Origin: Octopus sinensis
Taxonomy: Eukaryota
Assembly: GCF_006345805.1 (NCBI RefSeq)
Contig: NC_043022.1
Coordinates: forward strand, 24,056,001 to 24,120,000
Length of the DNA: 64,000 bases
Direction of reading: 5' to 3'
The notes under the pieces are model-generated. The model ran no database searches and was not told the origin of the DNA. It saw only the letters and a list, made by a program, of their open reading frames with translations. The position numbers and the translations under genes are program-made. How positions within the stretch are numbered: position 1 is the stretch's first letter; the number at the start of each line of letters is the position of its first letter. Positions 52,176-64,000 of this stretch are shown piece after piece.

Positions 52176-52405
52176 TACTCTTACTCTTTTACTTGTTTCA
52201 GTCATTTGACTGTGGTCATGCTGGAGCACCGCCTTTTAGTCGAGCAAATCAACCCCAGGACTTATTCTTTGTAAGCCTAGTACTTATTCTATTGGTCTCT
52301 TTTGCTGAACCGCTAAGTTACGGGGACGTAAACACACCAGCATCGGTTGTCAAGCGATGTTGGGGGGACAAACACAGAGACACAAACACACACAAACATA
52401 TACAT

Positions 52406-52452
<47 letters not shown>

Positions 52453-52605
52453 GCTTCTTTCAGTTTCCGTCTACCAAATCTACTCACAAGGCTTTGGTCG
52501 GCCCAAAGCTATAGTAGAAGACACTTACCCAAGGTGCCATGCAGTGGGACTGAACCCGGAACCATGTGGTTCGTAAGCAAGCTACTTACCACACAGCCAC
52601 TCCTA
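52176..52605 (-). mobile_element. SINE family A, full length
   Basis: Complete match to the consensus. Confidence 0.85.
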
Positions 52606-54087
52606 CATACATGCTGAAGCATGTATATGAGTTCAGTTATCATGCGAGTAAGATGCACAATTTAAGGCAGTGAGCTGGCAGAATCATTAACACGCTGCAT
52701 GTGTGTATGTGTTCCTGCCCACTGCTTGGCAACTGGTATTAGTGTATTTAAGTCCCCGTAACTTAGTGGATCAGCAAACGAGACCAATAGAGTAGGTACC
52801 AGACTTTAAAAAAAAACAAAAGGAAAGAAGCATTAAAGTTGATTCATTTAACGAGAAATTCCACAAGGTGGTGCCCCAGCATGGTCGCAGTCTAATGAGT
52901 AAAACAAGTAAAAGGCAAAAAAAAACCCCAGCTGTATTAAGTTGGTATTTGGAATATGAATTAAAAAGAAATTTTGATGGACGGTTTTAAATTGAATCCC
53001 TTTAAAACAGGAAGTCTGTATCAGAGAGCTGAATGCAGTCTCAGGCAGGTTGGTGTCAGGAGAGTTAAACAGAAAAACAGTCACACAGCACTTAAGTTTA
53101 ACACATTAAACAGATGTAAACTGATGCAGCAGATGTAATCTGTAAAACAGATGTACAAGACAGAAAAGGGGAATAAACTGAGTGATGGCAGTTAAACCAC
53201 ATATCCATTTTCAGTCAAGGACTGAGGTTGATTTCATTGATGATAACTCTTCAGATAAGATGAATGATGGCAAAGTTGATCACACAACAATAATCTAATA
53301 ATAATAATAATAATAATAATGATGATGGTGATAGTGATTCATCATCATCATCGTTTAACGTCCGTTTTCCATGCTAGCATGGGTTGGACGGTTCGACCGG
53401 GGTCTGGGAAGCCAGGAGACTGCACCAGGCTCCAGTCTGATCTGGCAGTGTTTCTACAGCTTGTTGCCCTTCCTAATGCCAACCACTCCGTGAGTGTAGT
53501 GGGTGCTTTTTATGTGCCACCGGCATATACATATATACGACGGGCTTCTTTCAGTTCCTGTCTACCAAATCCACTCACAAGGCTTTGGTCAGCCCGAAGC
53601 TATAGTAGAAGACACTTGCCCAAGGTGCCACGCAGGAGTAAGCACATGGGCAGTAACGAGTTAACAGCGTAGACTGAAAGACAATACTAGGTATGGCATA
53701 TGTCATCTAAGGAGTGACAACAGAACTGGATCATAGATATAGCACGTCCAGCTGACAAGAAGATAAGTGATAAAGAAGAAAAAATAAGGCAATAGATATA
53801 AAAGGTTAGCTTGGGAGGTTAAGCAGTTGTGGTCACTGGGAAAGGTGGTAGTAATACCAATAATTGGAGCCTTAAGAATAGCAAATAAAGATCTTTGAAA
53901 GTACACTGAACAAATAGGGGTTGGCAGTATGGGTGGAGCACTTGCAGAAAACAGCACTGCTTGAAAAATAAGGGTTGATACCTCAGCTGTTTACAGTGGT
54001 AGTAAACAGATGACAATATAATATCTCCAGCATTAGAAGTTGAATAAAGAAAACAACAATAATAACAAGGGCATAGGAGTGACCGTC

Positions 54088-54495
54088 TGGTAAGTAGCTT
54101 GCTTACCAACCACATGGTTCCGGGTTCAGTCCCACTGCGTGGCACATTGGGCAAGTGTCTTCTACTATAGCCTCGGGCCGACCAAAGCCTTGTGAGTGGA
54201 TTTGGTAGGCGGAAATTGAAAGAAGCTTGTCGTTTATATATATATATATATACACACACACATATATATATGTATGTGTGTGTGTGTGTGTCTGTGTTTG
54301 TCCCCCCACCAACATTGCTTGACAACTGATGCTGGTGTGTTTATGTCCCTGTAACTTAGTGGTTCGGCAAAAGAGGCTGATAGAACAAGTACTAGGCTTA
54401 CAAAGAATAAGTCCTGGAGTCGATATTTGCTCGACTAAAGACGGTGCTCCACCATGGCGGCAGTCAAATGACTGAAACAAGTAAAAGAGTAAAGA
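54088..54495 (+). mobile_element. SINE family A; its tail is repeated at ~55250-55470 by the 1 kb tandem duplication
   Basis: Head GGTAAGTAGCTTGCTTACC through tail GTAAAAGAGTAAAG. Confidence 0.85.
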
Positions 54496-56300
54496 GAGAG
54501 AGGGCACTCAGAGAGCATAAATTTCTGCCAAGGCAACACCAACGTCCTCTCAATGATTAACCAGAGATGATTTTTAAAATATCAATCCCGAAATCGAATC
54601 AGTTTATGCTAGTCATGAGGCCAAATATCTCTGAAAGTTTCATCTGAATCCATCCAGTGGTCCATGAGATATCTTGTCCACAGACAAACAAACAAACACA
54701 ACTGAAAACAATACCACCGCCTGAGAACTATCAGTGATACTGAAGGGGATGTAGCTAGCAATAGCAATGGATCATGTGTGTGTATGTTTCTGTGAGAAGG
54801 TGCACGTACAATCATGGTGTTCTTGAGCAAAACACTTCATGCTGCTTTAGTCCACTCAGCTGGTAAAAATAACCTTGTGATGGAATAGCCTTCCCATCAG
54901 TGGGGGAATGTTCGCCTGTTTGCCTAGTTGGCGGGGTGGGGTGGGTTGGGGGGCAGCAGCATTTGAAAGCTACAACGATACGAAGCACATTGCAACCAGT
55001 GGTGTATAAGAACATCTGATAGTCTGGTTGATACCATGATGGATATATATATATATACATATATATATGCACATATATATATATACATATATATATACAC
55101 ATATATATATATACATGTATATATATATACACACGTATATATATATACACACGTATATATATATATACACACGTATATATATACACATATATATATACAT
55201 ATATATATACACACACATATATATATATAACACACACACATATATATATGTATGTGTGTGTGTGTGTGTCTGTGTTTGTCCCCCCACCAACATTGCTTGA
55301 CAACTGATGCTGGTGTGTTATGTCCCTGTAACTTAGTGGTTCGGCAAAAGAGGCTGATAGAACAAGTACTAGGCTTACAAAGAATAAGTCCTGGAGTCGA
55401 TATTTGCTCGACTAAAGACGGTGCTCCACCATGGCGGCAGTCAAATGACTGAAACAAGTAAAAGAGTAAAGAGAGAGAGGGCACTCAGAGAGCATAAATT
55501 TCTGCCAAGGCAACACCAACGTCCTCTCAATGATTAACCAGAGATGATTTTTAAAATATCAATCCCGAAATCGAATCAGTTTATGCTAGTCATGAGGCCA
55601 AATATCTCTGAAAGTTTCATCTGAATCCATCCAGTGGTCATGAGATATCTTGTCCACAGACAAACAAACAAACACAACTGAAAACAATACCACCGCCTGA
55701 GAACTATCAGTGATACTGAAGGGGATGTAGCTAGCAATAGCAATGGATCATGTGTGTGTATGTTTCTGTGAGAAGGTGCACGTACAATCATGGTTTCTTG
55801 AGCAAAACACTTCATGCTGCTTTAGTCCACTCAGCTGGTAAAAATAACCTTGTGATGGAATAGCCTTCCCATCAGTGGGGGAATGTTCGCCTGTTGCCTA
55901 GTTGGCGGGGTGGGGTGGGTTGGGGGGCAGCAGCATTTGAAAGCTACAACGATACGAAGCACATTGCAACCAGTGGTGTATAAGAACATCTGATAGTCTG
56001 GTTGATACCATGATGGATATATATATATACATATATATATGCACATATATATATATACATATATATATACACATATATATATACATGTATATATATACAC
56101 ACGTATATATATATACACACGTATATATATATACACACGTATATATATATATATACACACGTATATATATATACATATATATATACACACACATATATAT
56201 ATATATATACACACACATATATATATACACACATACATATATACATATATATACACATATATATATACATATATATATACACACACACACACATATATAT
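54250..56300. repeat. ~1 kb near-identical tandem duplication
   Basis: Offset ~978 bp; breakpoints lie inside (TA)/(CA) microsatellites. Confidence 0.92.
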
Positions 56301-56724
56301 ATATCCTTTTAAATTACAGCAATAGCTGGGTGCCTGGGTGGAAAGACTCTTTCAGAAATTAGAAACTATGTACAGAATGGTAATCTGTTTGCTCAAAAGG
56401 CATCTTTCTTTGACATGTTTCTGATAACTGGAAATGTCAGCCGATGAGAAACGTAAATGGTTAGAAAGATAATGGTGCCAGTGGGCAATGATGGTGATGG
56501 TGGTAGTAGTAAGAGTAGGAATGGCTTTGATGGAGGTAGTGGCGGGAGGTGAAGTGGTGGTGTTGGTGAAGGCGGTGGTGGTTATGGTGGTAGTATACAG
56601 ATTTAAATACATTGGAGATGGCAGCACCATCAACTTGCAGAGATGCAAGAAATGTTATCTAAATAGTAGATTCCATTGCCAGATAATGAGGTGTGGGGTG
56701 TCTGTCTGTCTGTCCAAGAAACAG

Positions 56725-57015
56725 CAAAACTAGTAGCAGTGGTAGAAGTAGTAGTAGTAGTAGTAGCAGCAACACCGGTACTAGGTGAAGTAGAAGTACA
56801 TGTAGTGGTAGTTGAAGTAGTAATAGTAACTGTAGTAGTAGTAGCAGTGGTAGTAGTAGTAGTTTAGTAGTAGTAGTAGTAGTAGCAGTGGTAGTAGTAG
56901 TAGTTACAGCAGCAACACTGGTACTAGGTGAAGTAGAAGTACATGTAGTGGTAGTTGAAGTAGTAATAGTAACTGTAGTAGTTGTAGCAGTGGTAGTAGT
57001 AGTAGTAGTAGTAGC
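56725..57015. repeat. (GTA)n-rich low-complexity tract with an internal ~150-bp duplication
   Basis: GGTACTAGGTGAAGTAGAAGTACATGTAGTGGTAGTTGAAG occurs twice. Confidence 0.9.
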
Positions 57016-57679
57016 AGGCAAGATATATATATGTCATAGCAATAAACAATGTCAGTGGGACAGCAGTAATACTGGGGTAAGGGCAACAGCCTATACTACA
57101 TTGTGGTAGCAAACAACTAAAGCATAAGCAAAAGCAACAGTAGTGGTGGGTTGTAGACAACAACAGTGCGGGTAAATGTTGTGGTAGTAGTGGATTGTAA
57201 ACAACAGTATGGGCAAGAGCAGCAGAAAAGCATTGACCAGTGTATAGGTAGGTGTGGTGGCAGTGGTGGCATGCAGTGGAAGTGTGGTAAGAAATTTGCT
57301 TCCCAACCACATGGTTCTGGGTTCAGTACCACTTTGTAGCACCTTGGGCCGATGTCCTCTACTATAGCACTGGGTTGACCAAAACCTTGAGAGTGGACTT
57401 AGTAGATGGTAGCTAAAAGAAACCCTTCATGACTATATACATACACGTTGACCTAGAACTACGATTACAGACACTCCAACCATGCTCCCTCCATCATTTT
57501 AGGTGTATTTAACCCTTTAGCATTCAAACTGGTCAGGTCCAGCCTCTCATACCTGCCCTACAATGTCATTCTATAAGTAAACAATAACACCGTTGAAATC
57601 TCGTAGCCCCGAGATAATTCATGGTTAGTTAAAAACAATGGAAATAAATGAGCATCACATTTGATAAATAAATCCTAAA

Positions 57680-58096
57680 TCATCATCATCATCATCATTT
57701 AACGTCCGCTTTCCATGCTAGCATGGGTTGGACGATTTTGACTGAGGGCTGGCGAACCAGATGGCTGCACCAGGCTCCAATCTTGATTTGGCAGAGTTTC
57801 TACAGCTGGATGCCCTTCCTAACGCCAACCACTCAAAAGTGTAGTGGGTGCTTTTTACGTGCTACCGTCACAGGGGCCAGTCAGGCGGTACTGGTAACAA
57901 CCTCACTCGAATCCTTTTACACATGCCACCAGCACAGGTGCCAGTAAGGCGACGTTGGTAACGATCACACTCGAATGTTGCCCTTTTACGTGCCACTGGC
58001 ACAGAAGCCAGTTGGCTGCTCTGGTAACGATCACGCTCGGATGGTGCTCTTGGCATCCTACTAGCATGGGCACAAGTGCCAGTAAGGCGACGCTGA
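57680..58096 (-). mobile_element. Retroposon family D, long copy with internal diverged ~70-bp tandem units, interrupting a MITE
   Basis: (CAT)n tail at 57680; repeated CTGGTAACGATCAC(A/G)CTCG / GGCAC.GGTGCCAGTAAGGCGACG units. Confidence 0.75.
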
Positions 58097-58475
58097 TCCC
58101 AAATGTGTCTTGTTATCTAAGATGAAGTGAAGGTGAGTGGCTTACTGGTTAGGGCATTTGGCTCACAAATCTAAGGTTGTGAGTTCAATTCCTGGTGGTG
58201 TGTTGTGTCCTTGAGCAAGACACTTTATTGGTAAAAATGAGTGGTACTCTATTTCAAAGGGCCAGCCTTGTCATATTCTGTGTCATGCGGGATCTCCCTG
58301 AGAATTACACACATTAAGGGTACACACGTCTGCAGAGTGCTCAGCCACTTGTACAATAATTTCATGAGCAGTCTGTCCCATTGATTGTATCAACTAAAAC
58401 CCTCATCGCCATAACTAACAGAGGGCTGGGACCTATTTTGCTTTTCTTTATCTAGAATAGCAGGCTGCTGTTTAA

Positions 58476-58695
58476 CCCTTTCGTTACCAACCCAGCTGAA
58501 ACCAGCTCTAGCTCTGAGTACAAATGTCTTGTTTTCATATTTGTTGAATTAAAATCTTCCACCAAACTTTAGTCACAATTTATATTCCTAATACTAGCTG
58601 AATGACAACCAAGTTATTTTACTAAATTCTTTGTTATATTTAAAGTAATTAAAAGAAACACAGAGCATCTCAAAATAAATACAGTAATGAAAGGG
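58476..58695. mobile_element. piggyBac-like MITE, 220 bp
   Basis: TTAA on both sides; TIR CCCTTTCGTTAC / GTAATGAAAGGG. A truncated inverted copy lies at ~30756-30944. Confidence 0.8.
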
Positions 58696-59558
58696 TTAAG
58701 GGTGTTTTGGGTGCTATTTCTAGGAGCTCAAGTAAACACGTAAATACTGTTGTAACAGTGGTTATTAATGGTGTTGGTGATATTGATGATGATAATGAAA
58801 GCAACAGCATTAATGGTAGAACAAGATGATGATTCTTCTCTTGTACAGGACATGTTCTCTGGAATAAAATAAATAGATTCCTAAGACATCATCACAATGG
58901 TACAGAGTGGTGTATGTGCTAAAGAAATTGGTATGTGCTGGTGTACATGGTGAGGGAAATGGTAGATGTGGTGCGTAGGGTGAAGAAAATGGTAGACGGG
59001 GGGGTATTGGGTGGAGTGGAGATGGATGGTGCGGGGTGTAGGCAGAAGGAGTAGGTAGATGCTATTATATTAGACATCAATTTAGTACTTGAAAGCTTAG
59101 AATCTGAGAAACAAATCTAAATAGATTAAGAAAAACACTTTAGAGAATTTCCATCAGAGCAAATTGTGTTACATATGCATTCAGACCTATCACAGAATGA
59201 AGATATATATATATATACACACACACATATATATACATATATATACACACACACATGTATGTGTATGTATATATATATATACATACACACACATGTATGT
59301 GCGTGTTGGTAAGAACACAAACCATATGCAACACACTAGATAACTACTTTATATATACTCATTGCTGTATGTATACACTCCAGTGCTAAGATAGACACTA
59401 TAATGATAATAATCACAAACATACACATTGTATATATGCTCTTCTTATCACTGTATTGTTTAATATACAATCTTATATGCACAAGATATTCACTAGATGG
59501 ACCATTCATATTAATACAGTATTTTACACAAACACATGAGTGTATATATATGTGTGCA

Positions 59559-59606
<48 letters not shown>

Positions 59607-59640
59607 TGTAAACAGTAAGATAACAAAAGAAAGACAGAGA

Positions 59641-59708
59641 CCAGATAACCGAAGAGATGGTGTTGTGGATTTCCACCTCGGCATCCGAAACTCAGAGTTT
59701 TATCTTGG
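59641..59708 (+). ncRNA. Degenerate type I hammerhead-like motif
   Basis: AGATAA/TTATCT stem I, core CCGAAGA (U4->C), GATG/CATC stem II with a GTGG/CCAC hairpin, GAAA, ACT/AGT stem III, GUU triplet. Confidence 0.5.
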
Positions 59709-59929
59709 CTATTGAATAATTGTCACATATTATTCTACAGATATATATATATATATATTATATATATATATATACGTGTATATATATATATATATGATGA
59801 TGATGATGTATACAGACATGCTTATGTACCATCATACTAAGAACTCAGACAATCCAAAATACACCTTTTGAAATAGCAATTTGAAATTGAAAAGATAAAC
59901 TCACACACACACAGAGTGAATATGTATGT

Positions 59930-60322
59930 ATACTCTTTTACTTGTTTCAGTCATTTGACTGTGGCCATGCTGGAGCACCGCCTTTAATCGAGCAACTCGA
60001 CCACGGGACTTATTCTTTTTGTAAGCCTAGTACTTATTCTATTGGTCTCTTTTGCTGAACTGCTAAGTTACGAGGACGTAAACACACCAGCATCAGTTGT
60101 CAAGTAATGTTGGGGGGACAAACACAGACACACAAACACACACATATATATATACATATATACGACGGGCTTCTTTCAGTTTCCGCCTACCAAATCCACT
60201 TACAAGGCATTGGTCGGCCCGGGGCTATAGCAGAAGATACTTGCCCAAGATGCCACGCAGTGGGACTGAACCCGGAACCATGTGGTTCGTAAGCAAGCTA
60301 CTTACCACACACCCACTCCTGC
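59930..60322 (-). mobile_element. SINE family A, full length
   Basis: Complete match to the consensus. Confidence 0.85.
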
Positions 60323-62398
60323 GACTATGCATGTGTGTTTGTGTATAGGTGTCTACGTATATAAATATATATGCAGATATACATATTATATTTAATCTTC
60401 AGAAATCAACTATGAGAGAAACAGGAATGTGTCTGCTTACAGGCCAGCTGGATCAAGCATGACCCGGGGTTCAATACCAGACTGATTTATGGATAAAGGG
60501 TTATTTTCTTGACAGGGACATTCTGAGTGCATATCTTGTGTGATACGACTCCTCCCTCCTGTATCTTGTTCCATTCAAACCAGTCAACCGATAAAGAAAG
60601 TTATTTAGCCCAAGGTCAGGCCTATCATGTACGGTCTCCCGGCTGTGAAAATCACTGCCTTCATTCTTTTTAATTTTTAGTTTTCTAAGAGATTTCTAAG
60701 ATTTCTAAGAGATTTCATAATCTTCTGAGTCTGTCATGTCTAAAGATAGCAAAATATGAGGAAGATTTAGCTGGTATTTCTAGGAGGCTGAGTGACTATA
60801 AACTTTCGGTTTTAAGCTTGGATGGCAATTACAAGAAGTAGTGGCAACCTCACAACTGATTTTGTGTGTGTGTGTGATATTTTTCTTTATTTTTTTATCT
60901 GTATCAGTCATGAAACAATGGCCATGCTGGGGCACTACCTTGAAGAACTTTCAGGTGGATGAATTGACCCCAGTAGGCTTTTTTTTCCTTTTAAAATTTT
61001 GTACTTATTCTATTGATCTCATTTTGCCAAACCACTGGGTTACAGGAATGCAAACAAACCAACACTGATTGTTAAGTAGTGATGGGGACAAACACACACA
61101 CACCACAGGCTTCTTTCAGTTTCTGTCTACAAAATACACTCACAAGGCTTTGGTCGACCCAAGGCTATAGTAAAAGGTACATCCCCAAGGTTCCATGCAG
61201 TGGGACTGAACCTGGAACCATGTGGTTGGAAAGCAAGTTTCTTACCACACAGCCCTGCCTGCATCTGTGGTTATCATCATTGTTTTTACATCTGCTTTTC
61301 CATGTTTGCATGGGTCAGATGGAGTTTTGTTGAGGTGGATTTTTTTACAGCTGGATGCCCTTCCTGTTGCCAACCCTCGCCTGTCTCCCAGTAAGGTAAT
61401 ATTTTCCCGAAGATTGGGAATGCAGGATGCTGCTTGCATGATGATGACATTCATTTACAACAATCACACAATATCAAGGCAGAGAGTCAGTAATACACAT
61501 GAGGTGCCACACAGTGGGATTGAACCTGGAACCACGTGGGTGGAAAACAAGCTTTTTACTGCACAGCCATGCCCATACCTACATGTGAGTGGAGGCACAT
61601 GGCCTAGTGGTTAGAGCAGCGGACTCGAGGTCGAGGGATCGTGGTTTCGAATCTCAGACCAGACGATGTGTGTGTTTATGAGCGAAACACCTAAGCCCCA
61701 CGTGGCTCCGGCAGAAGGTAATGGCAAAACTTCTGCTGATTCTTCTGCCACAACTTTCTCTCACTCTTTCCTCCTGCATCTTGCAGCTCACCTGCTACGG
61801 ACTGGCGTCCCATCCAGGTGGGGAACCTATACGCCAAGAAACCGGGAAACCGGCCCTTATGAGCCAGGCATGGCTCGAGAAGGAACAAACAATACCTACA
61901 TGTGTGAGCAAACATTTTTCTCTGGGGCTTTCGCAGAAGTCAAAAACAAAAATACCAGTTATACTATAAGGTTGAGTAAAGAACCTGTCCCATGTGCATA
62001 AGTCAGTCATAAACTTAATGACAAGATGCCATTGTTGTTGTCAGTGTTCTCAATACTATCACTGGAAACTATCATTGAGTGAAGGCCAAGCGAAGGAGTC
62101 TTTGATTATTATCTCAAGGACTATCTAAGAGAGCCGTCATTAAGAGAATATCCAGCTGAGAGGCTCTATCAGTGACTGAAGGACTGAGATATGATGTGAT
62201 GCCTATGCTATTAAGATATGCTCTATCGTGGTCTTTTATCAGTTGATACTATCATGCTTCCTTTTCATAACAAAACACATTGATGTTATATAAAGGTTGT
62301 TGCCCTCATTTGCAGTAACACATCAGAGAATGAGGTATGTACATGGGCAGGAATATGAATATAAAGCAGTATAAATATTATGTGTGTGTGTGTGTATA

Positions 62399-62560
62399 TC
62401 TATTATATAAAATCCGTTCTGTCTGTCCGTCTGTGTGTCTTCTAGGATCTTGGGCATCCTCCATCCGATTGTGCTCAAATTTGGTATGTAGATACTAATG
62501 GTATCAGGGCTTGTATAAGTCTTGAAATAATTACAAAAATCAATTCCAGACAAAGATGCA
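62399..62560 (+). mobile_element. Possible non-autonomous Helitron-like 5' fragment
   Basis: Starts TCTATTATATAAAA followed by a GTCTGTCCGTCTG repeat, a layout recalled from DINE-1/Helitron derivatives. Confidence 0.35.
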
Positions 62561-62589
62561 CACACACACACACACAGTGTTGTGTGCAT

Positions 62590-62598
62590 GTGTGTGTG

Positions 62599-62644
<46 letters not shown>

Positions 62645-62682
62645 TTTATTTAAAAGCAGCAGAAAATTCAACAAAACCTGTC

Positions 62683-62717
<35 letters not shown>

Positions 62718-63003
62718 TACATACAAAGAGGTGTATGTGTGTGTGTGTGTGTATTCATCAAGTGGCATGCACTTCATGTATGCATACACATGTGTGGTAT
62801 ATATATATATAATATATATATATATAATATATATACATATATATACATATATTATATATACATATATATATATATATATTACATATATATACATATATAT
62901 ATATACATATACATATATATACATATACATATATATACATATTACATATATATACATATACATATATATACATATACATATATATACATATACATATATA
63001 TAC

Positions 63004-63051
<48 letters not shown>

Positions 63052-63080
63052 ATACATATATATATATATTATATATACAT

Positions 63081-63147
<67 letters not shown>

Positions 63148-63200
63148 ATATATACATATACATATATAATATATATATATATATATACATATATATAAAG
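62590..63200. repeat. Giant compound (TA)n/(CA)n microsatellite
   Basis: Direct reading. Confidence 0.97.
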
Positions 63201-64000
63201 TAAAATTCTCTTGATATGAAAGGTCAAACAAATCTATGTAATTATCATCGTGTGTATATGGATAGGAATTGCGGGGGAGAGATAACAAAGATCTTATGAC
63301 CCACGTTGAGTCTAGTGAGGAAGTTATGTATACAGATATCACCAATTTGTTCTCATTCTTCTAAAGGTGAGTAACCATGTAGCTCCACAATAACAAGAAC
63401 CTACTCTACCCTAATCTCTTCCTGCATAGCATAATCCCATTCAACACAAAGATGCAAACCCCCGCCACCACCCACTCCTCAGGTTTTGCTGACTTGTGAG
63501 CTACATGATGATCTCAGTAGTGCTGGGGGGTGGGGTGAAAAAGCACCCAGCCTACACTGTAAAGTGGTTGGCATTAGGAAGGGCATCCAGCTGTAGAAAT
63601 CATGCCAAAGCAGACACTGGAGTATGATGCAGTCCTTGGGCCCTTCAGATCTTCTCAAACCATCCAAGCCATGCCAGCATGGAAAACATGCTAAATGGAC
63701 ACTAAACTCTGCTTGCAAAGACCTGTTGAGGCAAGTGAAATCGAAATCAAATCAAATTTGCAAATTTGATGACTGGCACCTGTGCCAGTGGAGCGCTAAG
63801 AGCACCATCTGAGCATGATCGTTGCCAGAGCAGCTGACTGGCTTCTGTGCCGGTGGCATGTAGAAAGTACAGTTCAAACGTGATCATTACCAGCATCACC
63901 TTACTGGCACTTGTGCTGGTGACACAGGAAAAACATTCGAGGGAGGTCGTTGCCAGTGCCACTGGGCTGGCTCCTGTGCAGGTGGCATGTAAAAAACAAC

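Noticed and set aside
53225-53270. Minus-strand CTGAAGA...GAAA as another hammerhead
   Set aside because: No valid stem III/NUH or stem I pairing.
56659-57021. Thr-rich mucin-like ORF
   Set aside because: A (GTA)n microsatellite with no convincing splice sites or homology.
62165-62175. TCTATCAGTGA resembling tetO
   Set aside because: Only a partial match with no palindrome or vector context; chance within a GATA-rich tract.

Overview
Eukaryotic, AT-rich, microsatellite- and SINE-dense DNA. The repeat families and (TA)n/(CA)n load suggest a cephalopod, most likely Octopus (inference). The only gene I can support is an AUTS2/FBRSL1/tay-family gene on the minus strand. I reconstructed 11 coding exons by hand (45840 down to the stop at 12176). 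All have AG/GT boundaries and compatible phases, and they total 4320 nt (1439 aa plus stop). The N-terminal exons were not found. The rest is introns and 3' flank filled with at least five SINE/retroposon families, piggyBac-like and hAT-like MITEs, a decayed RTE LINE end, Penelope-like fragments and long microsatellites. Most six-frame ORFs are microsatellite or SINE shadows. The most interesting observations are five. (1) A near-canonical minimal type I hammerhead ribozyme at 4266-4340, plus degenerate or variant hammerhead motifs elsewhere. (2) About 70 His-spaced pentapeptides (HNTQP then HSGPS) in a 2.26 kb AUTS2 exon, parts of which were copied into the next intron twice. (3) A Y-exonA-X-Y-exonB-X layout suggesting tandem duplication with reciprocal exon loss. 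(4) SINE multimers with a fixed junction, one enclosed by a single TSD, and a SINE with an ~88 bp flanking duplication. (5) Inverted SINE pairs bracketing exons. All of this is manual reading with no database searches; repeat boundaries are approximate.
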